Shown here piece after piece: positions 24,283 through 37,724 of a DNA stretch of 64,000 nucleotides. A program made the position numbers and the translations under genes. A model generated the notes under the pieces. The model searched no databases, was not told where the DNA came from, and saw nothing but the letters and a program-made list of their open reading frames with translations. Each line of letters begins with the position of its first letter. Position 1 is the stretch's first letter. Source of the stretch: Diadema antillarum (lineage: Eukaryota); assembly GCF_040938485.1 (NCBI RefSeq), contig NW_027271682.1, positions 3,906,001 to 3,970,000 on the forward strand, given 5' to 3'.

Positions 24283-27200
24283 GTTTGCTGTTTTGAAAGT
24301 ACTGTAATACTTGTAGCTCAGTCAAGTGATATGAGGCCAGTACCCATATCATAACCCTCCCCTTTCCAACAAAGAATGGCCAAACGTCACCAAAAACATT
24401 ACATCTGCAACAAGACTGTTTAGCTACAGATCATCAGCTTTGATCATTTCGTTTGTTTGTTCACTCGTACAGTATGTTTTGCTAATTAGCAGCAATTTTT
24501 ATAACTTAGTGCTGCTGTAAATGATCTGTCAGAGCCCAGATCTTGTAAGCCAAGAATCTATTGTGAGAGCCGAAGTTGCCGAAACATCAAACACAGACAT
24601 GACATAGAGAAAAGCCAGTGTGTAAATGTTCAAACACACACTTCAGATATGGTAGTTTCTTGTTTACGTATCGCATCGATCCCCCGCTACCCCCCCCCCC
24701 CCCCCCCATCCACGAAGATGGACTTGCTATTCACACTTCTGCGTTTTCATTGATTGGATTTTTAGATATGTCTTTAACTTGAACTTACAGAAAGAAGTTC
24801 AGGGAGTGAATAATGTGAAAAGCTACCACCACAGAGGTTTCATTCTAGTCTTCGGCTACAGGACGCTCTACTCTGCCACAGTGTGGATTCGAAAAGTGCA
24901 CACATGTACATGACTATTGTGTAGACACATTCACATTTACACACGAATCAGTAGACTGAGATCATAGCAATTCTGTGTCCCATCGTAATATTTCCATACT
25001 CTGATTTGTGTCGACCACAGAGTTTCTTTCCGCCGTGTGCGACATCTTACCCGATCTCCGCGACCTGGGCATCGACCTCTGGATGGTCAACGACACGGGC
25101 ATAGAGGACATGTCGCCGCCGAACGATTTGGTAACCATGGATATCGACACCGTATCCGACGATCATTACCCTTCGGTCCGTATTGAGAATCTCACAGACG
25201 TGGCTTCGTACATCTTTACATCTGGAACAACGGGTACGAGGAGGAAATCAAGCTTAGAGGAGTTTGTCGACAGGAGCTCCTTTTGTTCCTTACAAAAAAA
25301 GTGAAACGATGTTAAGTGCATGCCAGGGTTAGTCAGAGGGAACTTTGATAACCACCATTGCTTGCCATTTGAGTCAACAATGACATTCAGGAAATTAAGT
25401 GATTCGACCGAGGGGCCTACTAGCTTGCAAGACTTTGTACCTTTCCTTTTTATCTTTAACTGAAGAATCATAGAACGTAGGTCGAGATCGTTTGGCAAAA
25501 GACGCTCAGAAGTGCACTATATAATACAGCTGGCAGGACGCTGGATTTATATCTAACAACCAATCCTGAATTTGGACATGTTGGCGTTGTTTCAGTTTGA
25601 GTCTTATATCCACTCACCTGGTGACACTTCGTTCATCCTAGGCTAAATTCAGCGGCAACCTTGCAAGTGCACTTGCTCTTATGGAGGACATATCAAGTTT
25701 TTCAACGTCATGTTAGGCCTACCTAATAAATAGTACTACTAACTACTGTTCACCAAATTCTTAATTAAATAATGAAAATGATGTATTCATTAATTTTTGT
25801 ATTCAGTATTCATCATTAGTATTGTAAGAAATGTAATTTAATTTCATGTTTATTGTTCAAATCATTTTTATTATCATCATCACCATTGGTGTTGAATCTT
25901 TATCATAATGTTAACCTACTGAGGTATAACAATCGTGTGTTTGATTCAACCCCTCCCCCACAATACCAGGGATGCCAAAACCGGCTGTCATACCTCACTC
26001 GAAACTTGTGGGTGCGGGAATCTTTTACCATTTGTACAGCCATCTTTCAGCAGAGGATGTGTACTACATTTCACTCCCATTGTATCACTCCGCGGCGCTC
26101 CTCGTCGCTGTATGTGGCAGCTGGATGAAAGGTAACTTCCTTATCCTGTTCAACCTTTATTTAAAAAAAAAATAGAAAAAAAATGTATTTTCCCCTCCAT
26201 CAAGCTGTCCATACTTGGCAGTATTACAGTGCTGTCTTTTTGACGGAAGAACCATACGTCCAAAAACAGTTTATGTAAGAACATTCATAGTGAAGATTTA
26301 GTATTTTATAGAATTGTTTGTATCTTTACACTTCATCGCATCTAAGCTACTCAGGTACCATCTCATATATCTAACGATGTAGGATATAGAATCTACTAAT
26401 GTATATAGGGAATGGATAACATGAAGCTACAACTGTAACTCCATGGTTATAGATTTGATCCAAAGGGTTAACGAAGATCCTCACCTGTCATGAGGAGTGT
26501 TTTATACCTTCTGCTCCAAACAAAGATTTTCATGTAATAGTTTTGATTATAATTTCTCCCTCCTTTACTAAATGCACGATTCAGGTTCCACAATAGCTGT
26601 ATCCCGGAAGTTTTCTGCCAGCCGATTCTGGGACGACGTACGGAAGTACAGGGTTACTATCTTCCAGTACATCGGCGAAATATGCCGCTACCTGCTGGCT
26701 CAACCACCGGTACGTTGCTATTGTATACGACAGCGGTAGATTTCTGTCTTAAGCTTCTGAAGACAACCCTGTTTACATTATTCTATAATTGTACAGCGAG
26801 TTGTTGAAATGGTCCGGGGGAAAAAGAAGGTGGGGAAGATGTCGAAGAAAATCATAAGAACAATGAAGTAATAGGGTATAATGAGAAGGAAAAATGAAGA
26901 AGGGGATAATGCATCAATATGAAATGCGGGAAATGGAATAGAGAAGACTGGTCGGTAGAAGAATGGAGTTGAAACAGATTTGACGAAGAATATTAAATCA
27001 TTATCATCATTATTATTAAAGAATAATGTGAACTCAGGAATGATAAAGAATCAAACCCTATTTTGTGACCGATAATTGAAAATTTCTTTATCGTAACGCT
27101 TATGAAAAAAAAAAATGCATTAATGTTTTTCTACCCGCAGAAAGACAACGACGGGAAGTATGACAGACCGTTACGTGCAGCCGTCGGGAATGGTCTCCGC

Positions 27201-30200
27201 GTCGAGATCTGGAAAGAGTTTCAGACGAGATTTAAAATCGGCCAGATTTTTGAGTTCTACGGAGCTACGGAAGGCATATTCACTTTCGTCAACTTCGACG
27301 GACGTTTTGGGACCGTGGGAAAATATTCATGGATAATGAGGGTAAATCCTCGCACGGAATCGCACAGACGGATTTTCATAAGAATCATAAATTCGGGAAA
27401 ACATGTCTTGTGAACGAAACTACTTAATTAGGAAGTTGGAAATTGAAAGTTCACTTTATCATTGTTCTCAAAAAAAAGAAAGAAAAAAAGATTTCGAGAT
27501 TGCATTAATTGTCATTGTCATGTCAGGTATACAACAGTCACTGTTTCAACGATTGCGTTGAAGTCTGAAACTGATACTGCAAGAGCATTCACAAAAAAAA
27601 AAAAATAATAATAAGATCGATAATGGCTTGATATACTGGTCTTCTAAAGTCATCCAGAACGTTGATGCCACAAGAAAAGTATCATTTGAGTGGAGTTGTC
27701 ATCCAATCACGCATGACTTCTTCTTCTTCCAGGTTAGCAACCGCAATTAACAAAGATAATTATTCTGTCACTTTTGTAGAGAGATTGGCGTGCACTTTGC
27801 AGAAATTTTGATAATTAGCTTTGGTTTTAATTGATAATTGCAAATAAGGGACTCAATTTCAATAAACTTAAAGAAAGTAATTAAAGAATACTATTATTTT
27901 TTTCATACTGGTATTTATTCTATTTACACAGTACTGTTACTTTGATAACACTGCTCTCCTGCAACTCTCATACCACATCGATATCCAATGAGGTTTCTTG
28001 AAATAACCATATAAATCAGATTAAATGATTCGGTTTTTTTCCTCCTGCATGTAGGCCTACGTTATCTTGACCTCAATTCAAATAAAGAATTCATTCATCT
28101 CAACAGAAAGGCTGTTTGGTATACTACTGTTTGCTTATTACCTCAGTGAAAGATTGTTCTTTTTCATGTCTTTATGTTTTTATCTGTTACATGGCAATGT
28201 TATGTATTAGATAACGTCGACGTGATAACATGTTGCCTTCCGTATTAATTACTCTCTGCACTGACACATGTGTTTTTATATTAACTATAGAGATTCTTCG
28301 ACAACATTGAAATCGTCGAGTATGACTTTGCCAGCGGAGAACCAAAGCGAGACAAACATGGAATGTGTATTCGTGTACCCACAGGTATGTCATAATCCAC
28401 GTAGCATTTTAACAAGGCATTCAGGCCAAGCGTTCGTTTAAACAACCAAAGGCAAATATGAAAAGATAGGCGGGTTTAAAGACTGACCAGACGACCGTTC
28501 TCATTCGTTGTTTTTTTATGCAATGCTCAGCCTTGAATCTAATAGGTCACTGCTACAAGACACTGGAGAAGAGAGCTTCCTTTTTTTGTATCATAAGCCC
28601 TCTAAGATCTGAATAGACAGTTGATAGAGATCATAATAACAGACTAAAGAGGAAAACTATAACTAGTCTGAAGGCACTAAATTGCCTAATATGTTGCACA
28701 CTAACTCCAAACGGAACCAACCAATTCTTGATCTTGCGGCCAATCGGGAGCGATGCCCAAGTGTGGATTGAGTAAATGCAGCCATTTAATAGAACTCATC
28801 AGTTCAGTTCGAGGAAAATCAAGCAATCCGTTCGAAAGTTATGAATATATCACGTTTCGGTGCCGCCATCTGTGGATGAAAAAAGCGACAAAAAGTTCGT
28901 GACGTCACCGCGGGAGAACGATCTGAATGAAAATTTAAAGTGAATTAAACGTTTTTTCATCTCTCTAGCATAATTAAAGATCACTTGACTTATCACTTTC
29001 AGAAGACAGAGGGAATTATCATTTATCTTAACATTTTTGTCAGTGACTTTAACTTAAGTCAGGGCAAATGTACTTTTCATAAAATAATGAAACTGCATGG
29101 GAAACTATCTACATAATTTCTTTATCCTTGTCCGGCAGTGACGTCACGAACTGTTGTAGCAGGGATGGCGGCTCAGAAGTTTTAAAGATTCATAACTTTT
29201 GAATTACTTATCAGTTTTTCTGATGTGTGCTACTAATATTGCTGCATTCATTCAACCCACATGTCATTACCTCCGCCAAGGAAGGAGGTTATGTTTTCGT
29301 TACCGTTTGTTTGTTTGTTTGTCCTTGTGCAAAATAACTCAAAAAGTAGTTAACGGATTAGAATGAAACTTGCAGGAAAGGTTGAGAATGACACAAGTAA
29401 CAAACGATTAATTTTTGGTAGTGATCCGAGAATTTTGGGGGAATTTATGAAGGATTTTTGATATTTTGGCAGGTAGTCGAGTCAATGAACTTGAGGGTTT
29501 ATGAAGTTACAAAGGCTTCTAGATTGGGAAATCTGGCGACTTTCAGCACACAATGCTATATAAGTATGTATGGGTGGAAATCACTGATATCTCTATGATG
29601 GAAGCACAAGATCAGTGGTGGAAATGGGCTCCATACTTGGCGGAGGTGTGCGCTCTCAGAGTGCTTTTCTAGTTATATTGTGTATATCATTCCCCTTTAA
29701 CTGAAGAAAAAACAAATCTTGTGCGTGGTCGTTCCAACTACAGTAGAGGAGACATTAGTCGAAACTCCTTCCACCTTATTCGAGCAAACTGTCAGATGGG
29801 AACTACTTCGTTTCGCGTAAGCCACGAAGAGGGGCCTTATGTCAAACAGAAAACGGATAAATCCTTTTGAGAACTTAGTCGCTCTGATAACCGACCTGTT
29901 CAGATTCCGAGCAGAAATCTAAAGGCAGGCCGCCATAATCCAAAAAAGCGCATTGTTAACTCATCCGTCCTTCATTGGAATAAAACTTCTTTATACAATA
30001 ATTTATTAGGCCTATGTAATAATGGATCGTGGTCTCCCAATTGTTTTACATAACGAATAAAGGGGAGCCTGGACTGCTGCTGATGAAGATGCTTGGCAAG
30101 ATACAGTTCGCCGGCTACAAGGGCAAGCGTGAGATGTCCGAGAAAAAGATCGTAAGAAACGTAAAGGTGCCAGATGACATGTATTTCAACTCTGGTGACG

Positions 30201-32430
30201 TCATGCGAATCGACAGTGAAGGTTACGTCTACTTCCTCGACAGAGTCGGAGACACTTTCAGGTGGGAAGATAAGATTTTCGCGACGCGGACGTTCAGAGG
30301 AAAACAACAACAACAACAAAACTTCTGCGCTTGCGCAAAATCGCTTATCAAAATCGATCTGTTTATTAGTAAGTCCTAAATCTCGCTCTATCCGAGTTTT
30401 TACTCCGCGTTCTGGGCTATGTTTTCTTTCGCTCAATATTCACGGCGGAGAGAGCTATTTACTGCACTGATCATAAATTATGGAGGCGTCATTTATTTCA
30501 TAGGTTGGGCCCTTGCGCGATCTGAATCTTCTTTGCAACACGACGCAGGGAGAGAATGGCCAACGCAATCGTCGTCTTAAACGCCCGCGTCGCAGATCTA
30601 GTACTCCATTCCATAGACATTAAGATTTTTATCTCATAGGTCACTCATCATAAGCAGTAAGCAGAGATTGTTGCTTCAGACTACCCGCCGAAATGTATCT
30701 GATCGCAGTCTGATGAAGCCGACTTGGTTGGTCGAGCCTCAGATGGGTGTCGGACATAATATCGCGCGTGATCTTCGTCGGTCGATCTGTCTTATCGGAT
30801 CTACGCTCGACATGTCTGACGCTGGCCTGGTTGTCGACCAACACGAGTCAGATTCATAGGACTGCGATCCGATACACTCCGGTGGGTGGCCGGAAGCGAT
30901 AAACTTAGCCCCCGATGAGTGGCCGATGAGAGATAATCTCTGTGGAATGGAGGTATAAAGCTCCCAATGGAATTGACGGGTTTGTAAATATGTAAATAAG
31001 TTAGATGATGATGTCATGGGGGGGGGGGGTGGGTTCATGTTTAATTATGCCCCAGTCTCAAATCGTAGAATATCTGACTGATCACTATTTTGAAGCTATT
31101 TAGGCAGGTATAGCATTAAGTTTTATACTCTTGAAGCAGATCTATGGCAAGATGTGAGGTGATAGCATCGTCAACTCGAACGTTTACATATTCATATTAA
31201 CTATTGTTGATTGTTGATGCAAATTGTTTTGCAGATACTAGTAGAACTTCGCAATTAAAAAAAATATAATCCCTAAGTTTCATGCGGTATTGATCAAATT
31301 TTCTCTGTTGTGCTTACAAAATTATATGCTTTCTTTTTCCTCCTTACTCTTTCTTATTGACTCCATCTTTCTTTTTCCAACTAATTTCAGCTGGTCCGAA
31401 ATCAAGTATCTCACGCTTTCCTCGTCTTCATTTTTTTAAAAACATAACGGCTTCCTGCTGTAATGTCGAATGACACGTTTATATAAAAAAAAAAAAAACT
31501 TTCATTCTCCTGTGTGTGTGTTTCTGTCTTTATGTCCTAGATGGAAGGGAGAAAATGTGTCCACTTTTGAGGTATCGCACGTTCTTAGTTGTTTTCCTGT
31601 CATCGAGGAAGCTAACGTGTATGGCGTACATGTGCCAGGTATGTAGAAGGAAATAAGTATACAATCAACACACGAATCAACATCACGTTGTATTCTCAAA
31701 CTTGCGATGAACATGGTGAAGGTACGAGTGTATTACGCTTTAAGTAGGGAGGAATGTGTGAAGTGGCTGGTTGAGCGTTGGAAATAATTATGTATCTTTA
31801 GTGTCTCGAATGCCGTAATGTGAAGTTTAGAGCTATAGGCTAACATGTAATCGCATGAACATGCGCAGTATCATACCTCAAACCGAGAGCACTCTTTCAT
31901 TGCATGAGAAGGTTGACGAGGGCATACAACGCATTACCGAGCCAGCATAATGGGAACCTACAATGTTGGTTTTTGAAGACCTTTTTTTTTTAAATCCCTT
32001 TTTCATGTTTGTGACTGGGTAACTGACATCATGACGTGTAATTATCGTAGAGGGCAGTATGTAATGTCTGATATGATCTGCTGCAAATATCGAATCTGTC
32101 GTACTTTCAATATCTGCTTGTACAACAGGACACGATGGGAGAGCGGGTATGGCGGCGATTGTCGTTCGAGAGGGCGCCACCATTGACTACGGGGATCTCT
32201 ATCGTCACGTGACTTCCTCGTTGCCGACCTACGCGCAGCCCAAGTTCCTGCGCATGGTGGGTGCGACGGATCTAACGTCCACATTCAAACACAAGAAGTC
32301 GGATCTCGTCAAGCGAGGATTCAACCCCGACTTCGAAGAGGTATTCATCGTCGAACCTTCCCAGGAGACGTACGTGCCCATCACACAGCGACACATTCAG
32401 GCACTGACAAGTGGCCAGTCAAAACTGTGA
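23787..32430 (+). CDS. SLC27A2: FATP / very-long-chain acyl-CoA synthetase, paralogue 2, 629 aa, 9 exons
   Basis: join(23787-24282,25021-25233,25970-26131,26585-26709,27141-27341,28291-28384,30063-30261,31541-31638,32129-32430) = 1890 nt. Intron positions and phases match paralogue 1. Motifs: [14 protein letters not shown]; FYGATEG; [11 protein letters not shown]...[16 protein letters not shown]; ends SKL. Confidence 0.93.
25021..25233 (+). CDS. FATP paralogue 2 exon 2
   Basis: acceptor ccacag|; [10 protein letters not shown]...[10 protein letters not shown]; donor G|GTACG. Confidence 0.92.
25970..26131 (+). CDS. FATP paralogue 2 exon 3
   Basis: [12 protein letters not shown]...PLYHSAA...WMK; donor G|GTAAC. 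Confidence 0.92.
26585..26709 (+). CDS. FATP paralogue 2 exon 4
   Basis: [42 protein letters not shown]; donor |GTACG; not in ORF track. Confidence 0.92.
27141..27341 (+). CDS. FATP paralogue 2 exon 5
   Basis: KDNDGKY...GNGLR...FYGATEGIF...WIMR; donor |GTAAA. Confidence 0.92.
28291..28384 (+). CDS. FATP paralogue 2 exon 6
   Basis: acceptor ctatag|; [31 protein letters not shown]; donor G|GTATG. Confidence 0.9.
28760..29700. mobile_element. TTAA-type (Kolobok-like) foldback MITE interrupted by a HINE; left end eroded
   Basis: Left arm aatgcagc...aatccgttcgaaagttatgaat is the reverse complement of right arm attcataact...ctactaatattgctgcattcattcaacccac. The right end ...cattcccct-ttaa resumes after the insert. 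A related arm fragment lies at about 6570-6660. Confidence 0.6.
29266..29674 (+). mobile_element. Helentron-associated non-autonomous element (HINE), nested
   Basis: Subterminal inverted repeat acctccgccaag (29269) / cttggcggaggt (29636); (GTTT)n; 3' hairpin gcgctctcagagtgc; ends ctagtt. Confidence 0.8.
30063..30261 (+). CDS. FATP paralogue 2 exon 7
   Basis: acceptor aataaag| (AAG); GEPGLLL...YFNSGDVM...DRVGDTF; donor AG|GTGGG; 199 nt as in the paralogues. Confidence 0.9.
30600..30950. mobile_element. Degenerate foldback element in paralogue 2 intron 7
   Basis: gcttcagactacccgccgaaatgtatctgatcgcagtc... is an imperfect reverse complement of ...gactgcgatccgatacactccggtgggtggccggaagc; outer arms ctccattcca / tggaatggag. 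Confidence 0.55.
31541..31638 (+). CDS. FATP paralogue 2 exon 8
   Basis: acceptor gtcctag|; [15 protein letters not shown]...NVYGVHVP; donor G|GTATG. Confidence 0.92.
32129..32430 (+). CDS. FATP paralogue 2 exon 9 (terminal)
   Basis: acceptor caacag|; [11 protein letters not shown]...TSTFKHKK...SGQSKL*. Confidence 0.93.
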
Positions 32431-34175
32431 AGCGCGCCAGGAACACTACTGAAATGTTGTCAATCTCATGTGAACTTGAAACCACGTGGGCACCAACTGG
32501 ATAATATTCCACGTAATGAACGTACTCTTTCTGAACTCTTTGCGATTTTATGTTATCAATATCACAAACTATCTACTGTATACGCTTGTGAGGAAACCTG
32601 TTACTACCTGAGAGGAGTATGCGTATCGCATCCGACAATGATGAAACCCTCAGAATACATCAACCTTAACAAGTTGAAATACTTGCCTAGCTTGTACAAG
32701 TTTAAATTGGGTATTGTTATCAAACAACTTACAGGATTTTTTGCTCAGTTGATTTGCTCCTTGACAGGAGTGGCGTATTCTTCATGAGCCTCATTCTCTG
32801 CTAGACACGGTTAGATAGAAGAAAACAACAACACATACGTCATTGTTTAGATACACCCTCGAAGTATTGAAAGTTACATTCCTCGCGCGAAATTTATGTG
32901 CAAAGATGTCATCATTGCAGGCAATGCTGTAATACGTAATTTTTATGCCACAGAACTTGATATCGTTATCAAAACTAGTCGCGAGAAGGTTGGAGCATTT
33001 ACTTACATACAAAAGGACAATACATGTATCAGACCAATATTTTTTTAAAATTTCTTTCTTCATTTCACTGGAATGAAAAAAAAAAGTAAACTAGTATAAA
33101 CCAAGAAGTGGAAAACATGAAAACAATCGAATAAACAAAAGCAAATTTATAGAATTTTGAAGTTTTTCATAATTTGTGTAAAACTATATTCCTGAACAGT
33201 ATATATGAATATGCAAATGAGCGAGTTGATGATTTCGTAGTCTAGGTATTGCGGGGCATAATTTTTACATAAAAGTATTATCTTGACTTTCATTTTATCG
33301 TTGTTGTTATTGTTTTTACCTCAAATGTTTTGATATCTGAATGATCATCAGGGTAACGTTATTCAGCCAGGTGTTATTCAGACGAAAAATTAATTTTCAG
33401 TGTGTGTGGGTTTTTTTTTTTCTTTTGTACACGATCCTTTAAGAAAATGTGAGGGGATAACATAATGAACTCTGCTGAGCTACAGACATGAGAGAAGTAT
33501 TCCCACCTCACATCTAGCTGGATGATTAAACCAAAAAAAAAAAAATACTCATATCATTGTTCGAACATTGTTTTGCAAAAAAGTGTCCTATCTTTCGTAG
33601 ATTTCTAGATTTCTAGATTTCGTAACTTCCTTAACTTTCTTTTCATCCGAATTTGATTGAACAATCGATGCTGTGGTTGTAAGTTTTATCGACAGTCGTT
33701 TTTTGAATTAAGAAACTTTTGTCCAGAATTGTCCTTTTATCTTTAGCTGCGAATGCGAATTTGGATGATTTGTTCAAAGTTCTTAAGAGTCGTATATCTC
33801 AATAAGCTGGTAAGGTTAACAAAAACGATGGACTCGATACCGTAATAATGCCTGCATGACAAAGCGTCTTCTTATCTTCGATAATTAAAGTAGGATGTTA
33901 GCATCTGCAGACATGTCAGCAAATAACACTTAATTGTTATCGTATTCTGTGTAGCATGTTATCAACTCGTATTGCTTTATTCAGAATCATGAATATCACG
34001 CCAACTAAAACTGAAATTGAATCCAAACAGGGGTACGTGCTTTTTGTGGCCGTACTATCGCCCTCTTGGTCTACGTTCCCTTCCTTAATGTCTTATACTA
34101 TATTATACTGCTTCAGTTGTGTCGTTGTCATGTTATTGTATCTTACAGGATTTGGGAGATCTGCAGAGAGAATGG

Positions 34176-34300
34176 TAGCCTTTTGCAAAGGCAACTCGCA
34201 ATAATTTGTTGGCTTGCACACAGCGAGCGGAGCAAGCAACTCGCTGGGACTGTGCACGTCCACAAATTACTGTATTGCGAGCTGCCTTTGCAAAAGGCTA
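34176..34300. mobile_element. 125-bp MITE with 9-bp TSD (MULE- or AcademH-type)
   Basis: TIR TAGCCTTTTGCAAAGGCA.CTCGCAATA and its reverse complement; direct repeat agagaatgg at 34167-34175 and 34301-34309. Confidence 0.85.
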
Positions 34301-34834
34301 AGAGAATGGGGGCAACCATTCTGAAGGGAGTCCAAAGTGCCCTAAAGTTGTGCACCAATTTATCTTATGTTAATCATTGTAAACAATATACCATCCGTAT
34401 ATTTGCATTGTTCCATATTCTTCGGGAGGTTTCAGAAGGATAGTTCTATGATTAATAAATAACATGTAATACCAACTGACATATTGTACGATTGTATATA
34501 AGTTTCATTCCATCTTGAATTATATGACCAATATTGTAGTTTCCGTTTTCATTGAATTTGTTGCCTAAAGATTAAAAAGGAAATACAATGTAATATTACG
34601 CTTCCATCCAAACTGCTTCGTTATCGCTTTACTTGAGCATTTCATATAAACTTTTTTCTTCGTTCCTTTTTTTTTATTTTGCTTCCCTGTTTTATTCTAG
34701 CATTTCATTAATTTCTGTAATTTGTGATATTACGGTGCAATTTACAGAATGAAAATGTGCATAATAAATTCCATGCGTCTACAACATGCTGTTTCTGCTT
34801 TTCAGCTGGATGTGTACTTCCTCTATCATCATTA

Positions 34835-34905
34835 TTACTACCAAGATACTACTACATACACTATACTATACTGCTGCTACTACAACTACTACTATACTAC
34901 TACTT

Positions 34906-34938
<33 letters not shown>
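34835..34938. repeat. (TAC)n microsatellite
   Basis: tactactac... imperfect run. Confidence 0.95.
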
Positions 34939-37228
34939 TACTTCTACAGCTAGTGCCGTTACTATGGTGTGCACTATCTTCACCCGAGATGCCCCTTACT
35001 CATTGCTATCATTACGTAACAGGCTAAGGGAAAATTTTACGCATGAGTGAACACATTGATATATATGTCCTCCAAGACACAAAAGCAAAAATTCCAAAAA
35101 TTGGCATATTTTCATTCATTTCCAAATGCCCTTCAAGAGAGAAATGATTACTAAAGACCTTTTTAACACAATGAGAGTCATGAAATAGCAAAAATAAATT
35201 TTCGTCCCCTTATATTTGTTTGAAATAAGAAAATAACGAATCAAACTTCAAATGACACAGGGGGTTAGTCCCAAAGATGATTAAATGGACATAATTTCTT
35301 TATTTTATTCTTTTGATTTATAAATTTAAGAATTCATGAGAAAAAAATCAAGAATAAAATATCATTTTCAATTTTCTTAATTTGAAATAACACTTGGAAT
35401 TTCTACCATTTTTGTTAATGTTGCCCCATTAATGGCATTTGAATATGGAATGAACAGAAGATTTTTCCTTTTTCTCCATTTTATTCGCCACTTTTATCTT
35501 TATTCATTGTAGGAATCATAGGATGATTTCTGCAAATTAATTTGCATCGTTATCGTGTGAAATGCCTTTTTTTCTCATTGTTATGGAAAGCACATTCGAA
35601 TCACAACTTGTCCAATTTTGCAATTTTTTCTTTTGTACTTTGGAAGAGAAAAACGTTAGTGTTCACTCTTGTATAAGATCTTGCCTCTTTTTTGATCTAC
35701 CAGGTTGATAGCCAATTAAATTACCTTCAACCTGGTATATAAAACATTAATATTTAGACAAATTTTGTGAGAAAAATGAACCTGAAAAAATGTTTACTTT
35801 CTTTTTTTACTGAGTGCATATAGCATTCTTAGACTAATGGATTTGAACGCTCTCGACGTGCACTCTAGTTTGAAAGATGCAATTTACACTGCAAATGCTA
35901 AACTCCTTCACCGAAGTGTGACATTGAATGATCAAAAAAACGAAGATGAGTGACTATCTCCACGGCGCTATCTTTTTGCGCGATATGAATGACCCGATTA
36001 TGTTTGCCTTGTTTACTTTAAAGGTAAAAACAAAGTTTCAATATGAATATACAACCCGCCCATTGTTCCTCTAACGATTGCAGACTTATACATAAGAAAT
36101 GGTTGAAATAACGCTGCTATGACACGATTTCAGATGGGTAACGATAGAAATGCTCGACCTTACCCCTCCCCCCCCCCCCTCCAAAAAAAAAAAAAAAAAG
36201 ACTCGCCGGAAGCAATCCAAGCGATCGTGGATGTTATGTGATGATTTATGTTGGATTACATCAACTACAAAATATCGGGCCACAGCAGTAGTACCCATCG
36301 CACAAGCGTGATTTTCATGCAGCTTCTTAGCTGCATTCCATTCAGTACATGCTAGGGGGTGATTCAATCATCACAATTCCCCATATTCATGACATTGGAT
36401 ACTAGTAGCTTTCTACATACCCGTTACTAAACAGGGATAGCGCTTCAGGAATAGAAGTCTTCTACATCCACTTTAAAAATTACACGCTTTTAATCTGAAA
36501 GTCTCCAGAATAACTCATCACCTAAAACTTCATCACGGAAAACGTCAGCCAGGTAAGTTTCTAGGTAGATATATTGTATTGCAAGTATATTCCACATGGT
36601 TGAAGATGAATGTTTCTGAAAATTATGTTTTAGCCTTTAAGGGATTTGTACTTTGAACGGTCATGACAGTCTTGGCGTAAGGTAGTGTCGTATGACATGA
36701 AGCAAACACAATGAGAATACTAAACACTTCATTACTCTCGAACACACACACTCACACAAAAGGAGAAGTATATCGTGCCAGCTCATAAAAGGTACTGTAA
36801 ACAATAGCACATTTTGTTTTTGTTTTTGTTGGTTTTCAGTTGTTTTGCTCCCTCACACACCGTATCCTTCTAGTCTATAGAAGTCAGACGTCACGTGGGC
36901 GCGTCGAGAAGTGATCGGACGAACTTCGCTGCTTTCGAAGAAACGCGAGACATTCTCTATATTGTCGGGACCTGATGTTCAAGTTTCACGAAGTTTGCGT
37001 CGCACACGTCTTGAGTAGGTCTTGTGCATATGACGAAGCTCTTAATAAGTTTTTAAGAACAAATCACCAGCAAGTCAAAGACCACGATTCCGGAAACGTT
37101 CTCGACATTGGGGCGATCTTTTGCAGACTAGAATACACATTTTGGACGTTGCGATTTTCAGATATTCTCATCTTTCGCAAATCCGTTTACTTGCTCAGTG
37201 AAAACAGTCCTGAGGACGAAAATCTGGC

Positions 37229-37724
37229 ATGTCTTTATCTTGGAGTACTGGTCAGAAGGCCGCAGCCATCGCAGCCGTGTCCATCCCATCCGGATACGCC
37301 TGGCTTCGATGGAAGTACCCGACCTTACTTTCTGACGTGGAACAACTGCGCCGCATTGTGAATGTCATTAAAACCCTTGAAAGTCTTGATAAGACGAAAA
37401 TTTCCTTCGCGGATTTCTTCGAGAAGTACGCGAAGGAGACTCCCAACCATACCTGCATCCTGTACCAGGAAGAATCATACAGCTATGTCGACGTGAACCG
37501 CAAGGCAAGCATGACGGCCCGATGGATCAGCGGTTCGGACCCCAGCTTGAAGAAAGGTGACGCGGTGTGCGTCCTCCTACACAACGGGCCGACATTTCTG
37601 TGGACGTGGTTGGGACTGTTAAAGCTGGGCGTCATTTCGAGCCTGATAAATTACAACCTCCGTGGAGCTACACTTCTGCACTGCATACGAACAAGCGAAG
37701 CCAAGAAACTCATCTTTGGTTCAG
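37229..37724 (+). CDS. FATP paralogue 3 exon 1
   Basis: [10 protein letters not shown]...KKLIFGS; donor G|GTTTG. Confidence 0.9.

Noticed and set aside
36885-36900. CRE/E-box (gacgtcacgtgg) as an SREBP or USF site for paralogue 3
   Set aside because: The motif is short, the TSS is unknown, and it is not positionally conserved in the other paralogues.
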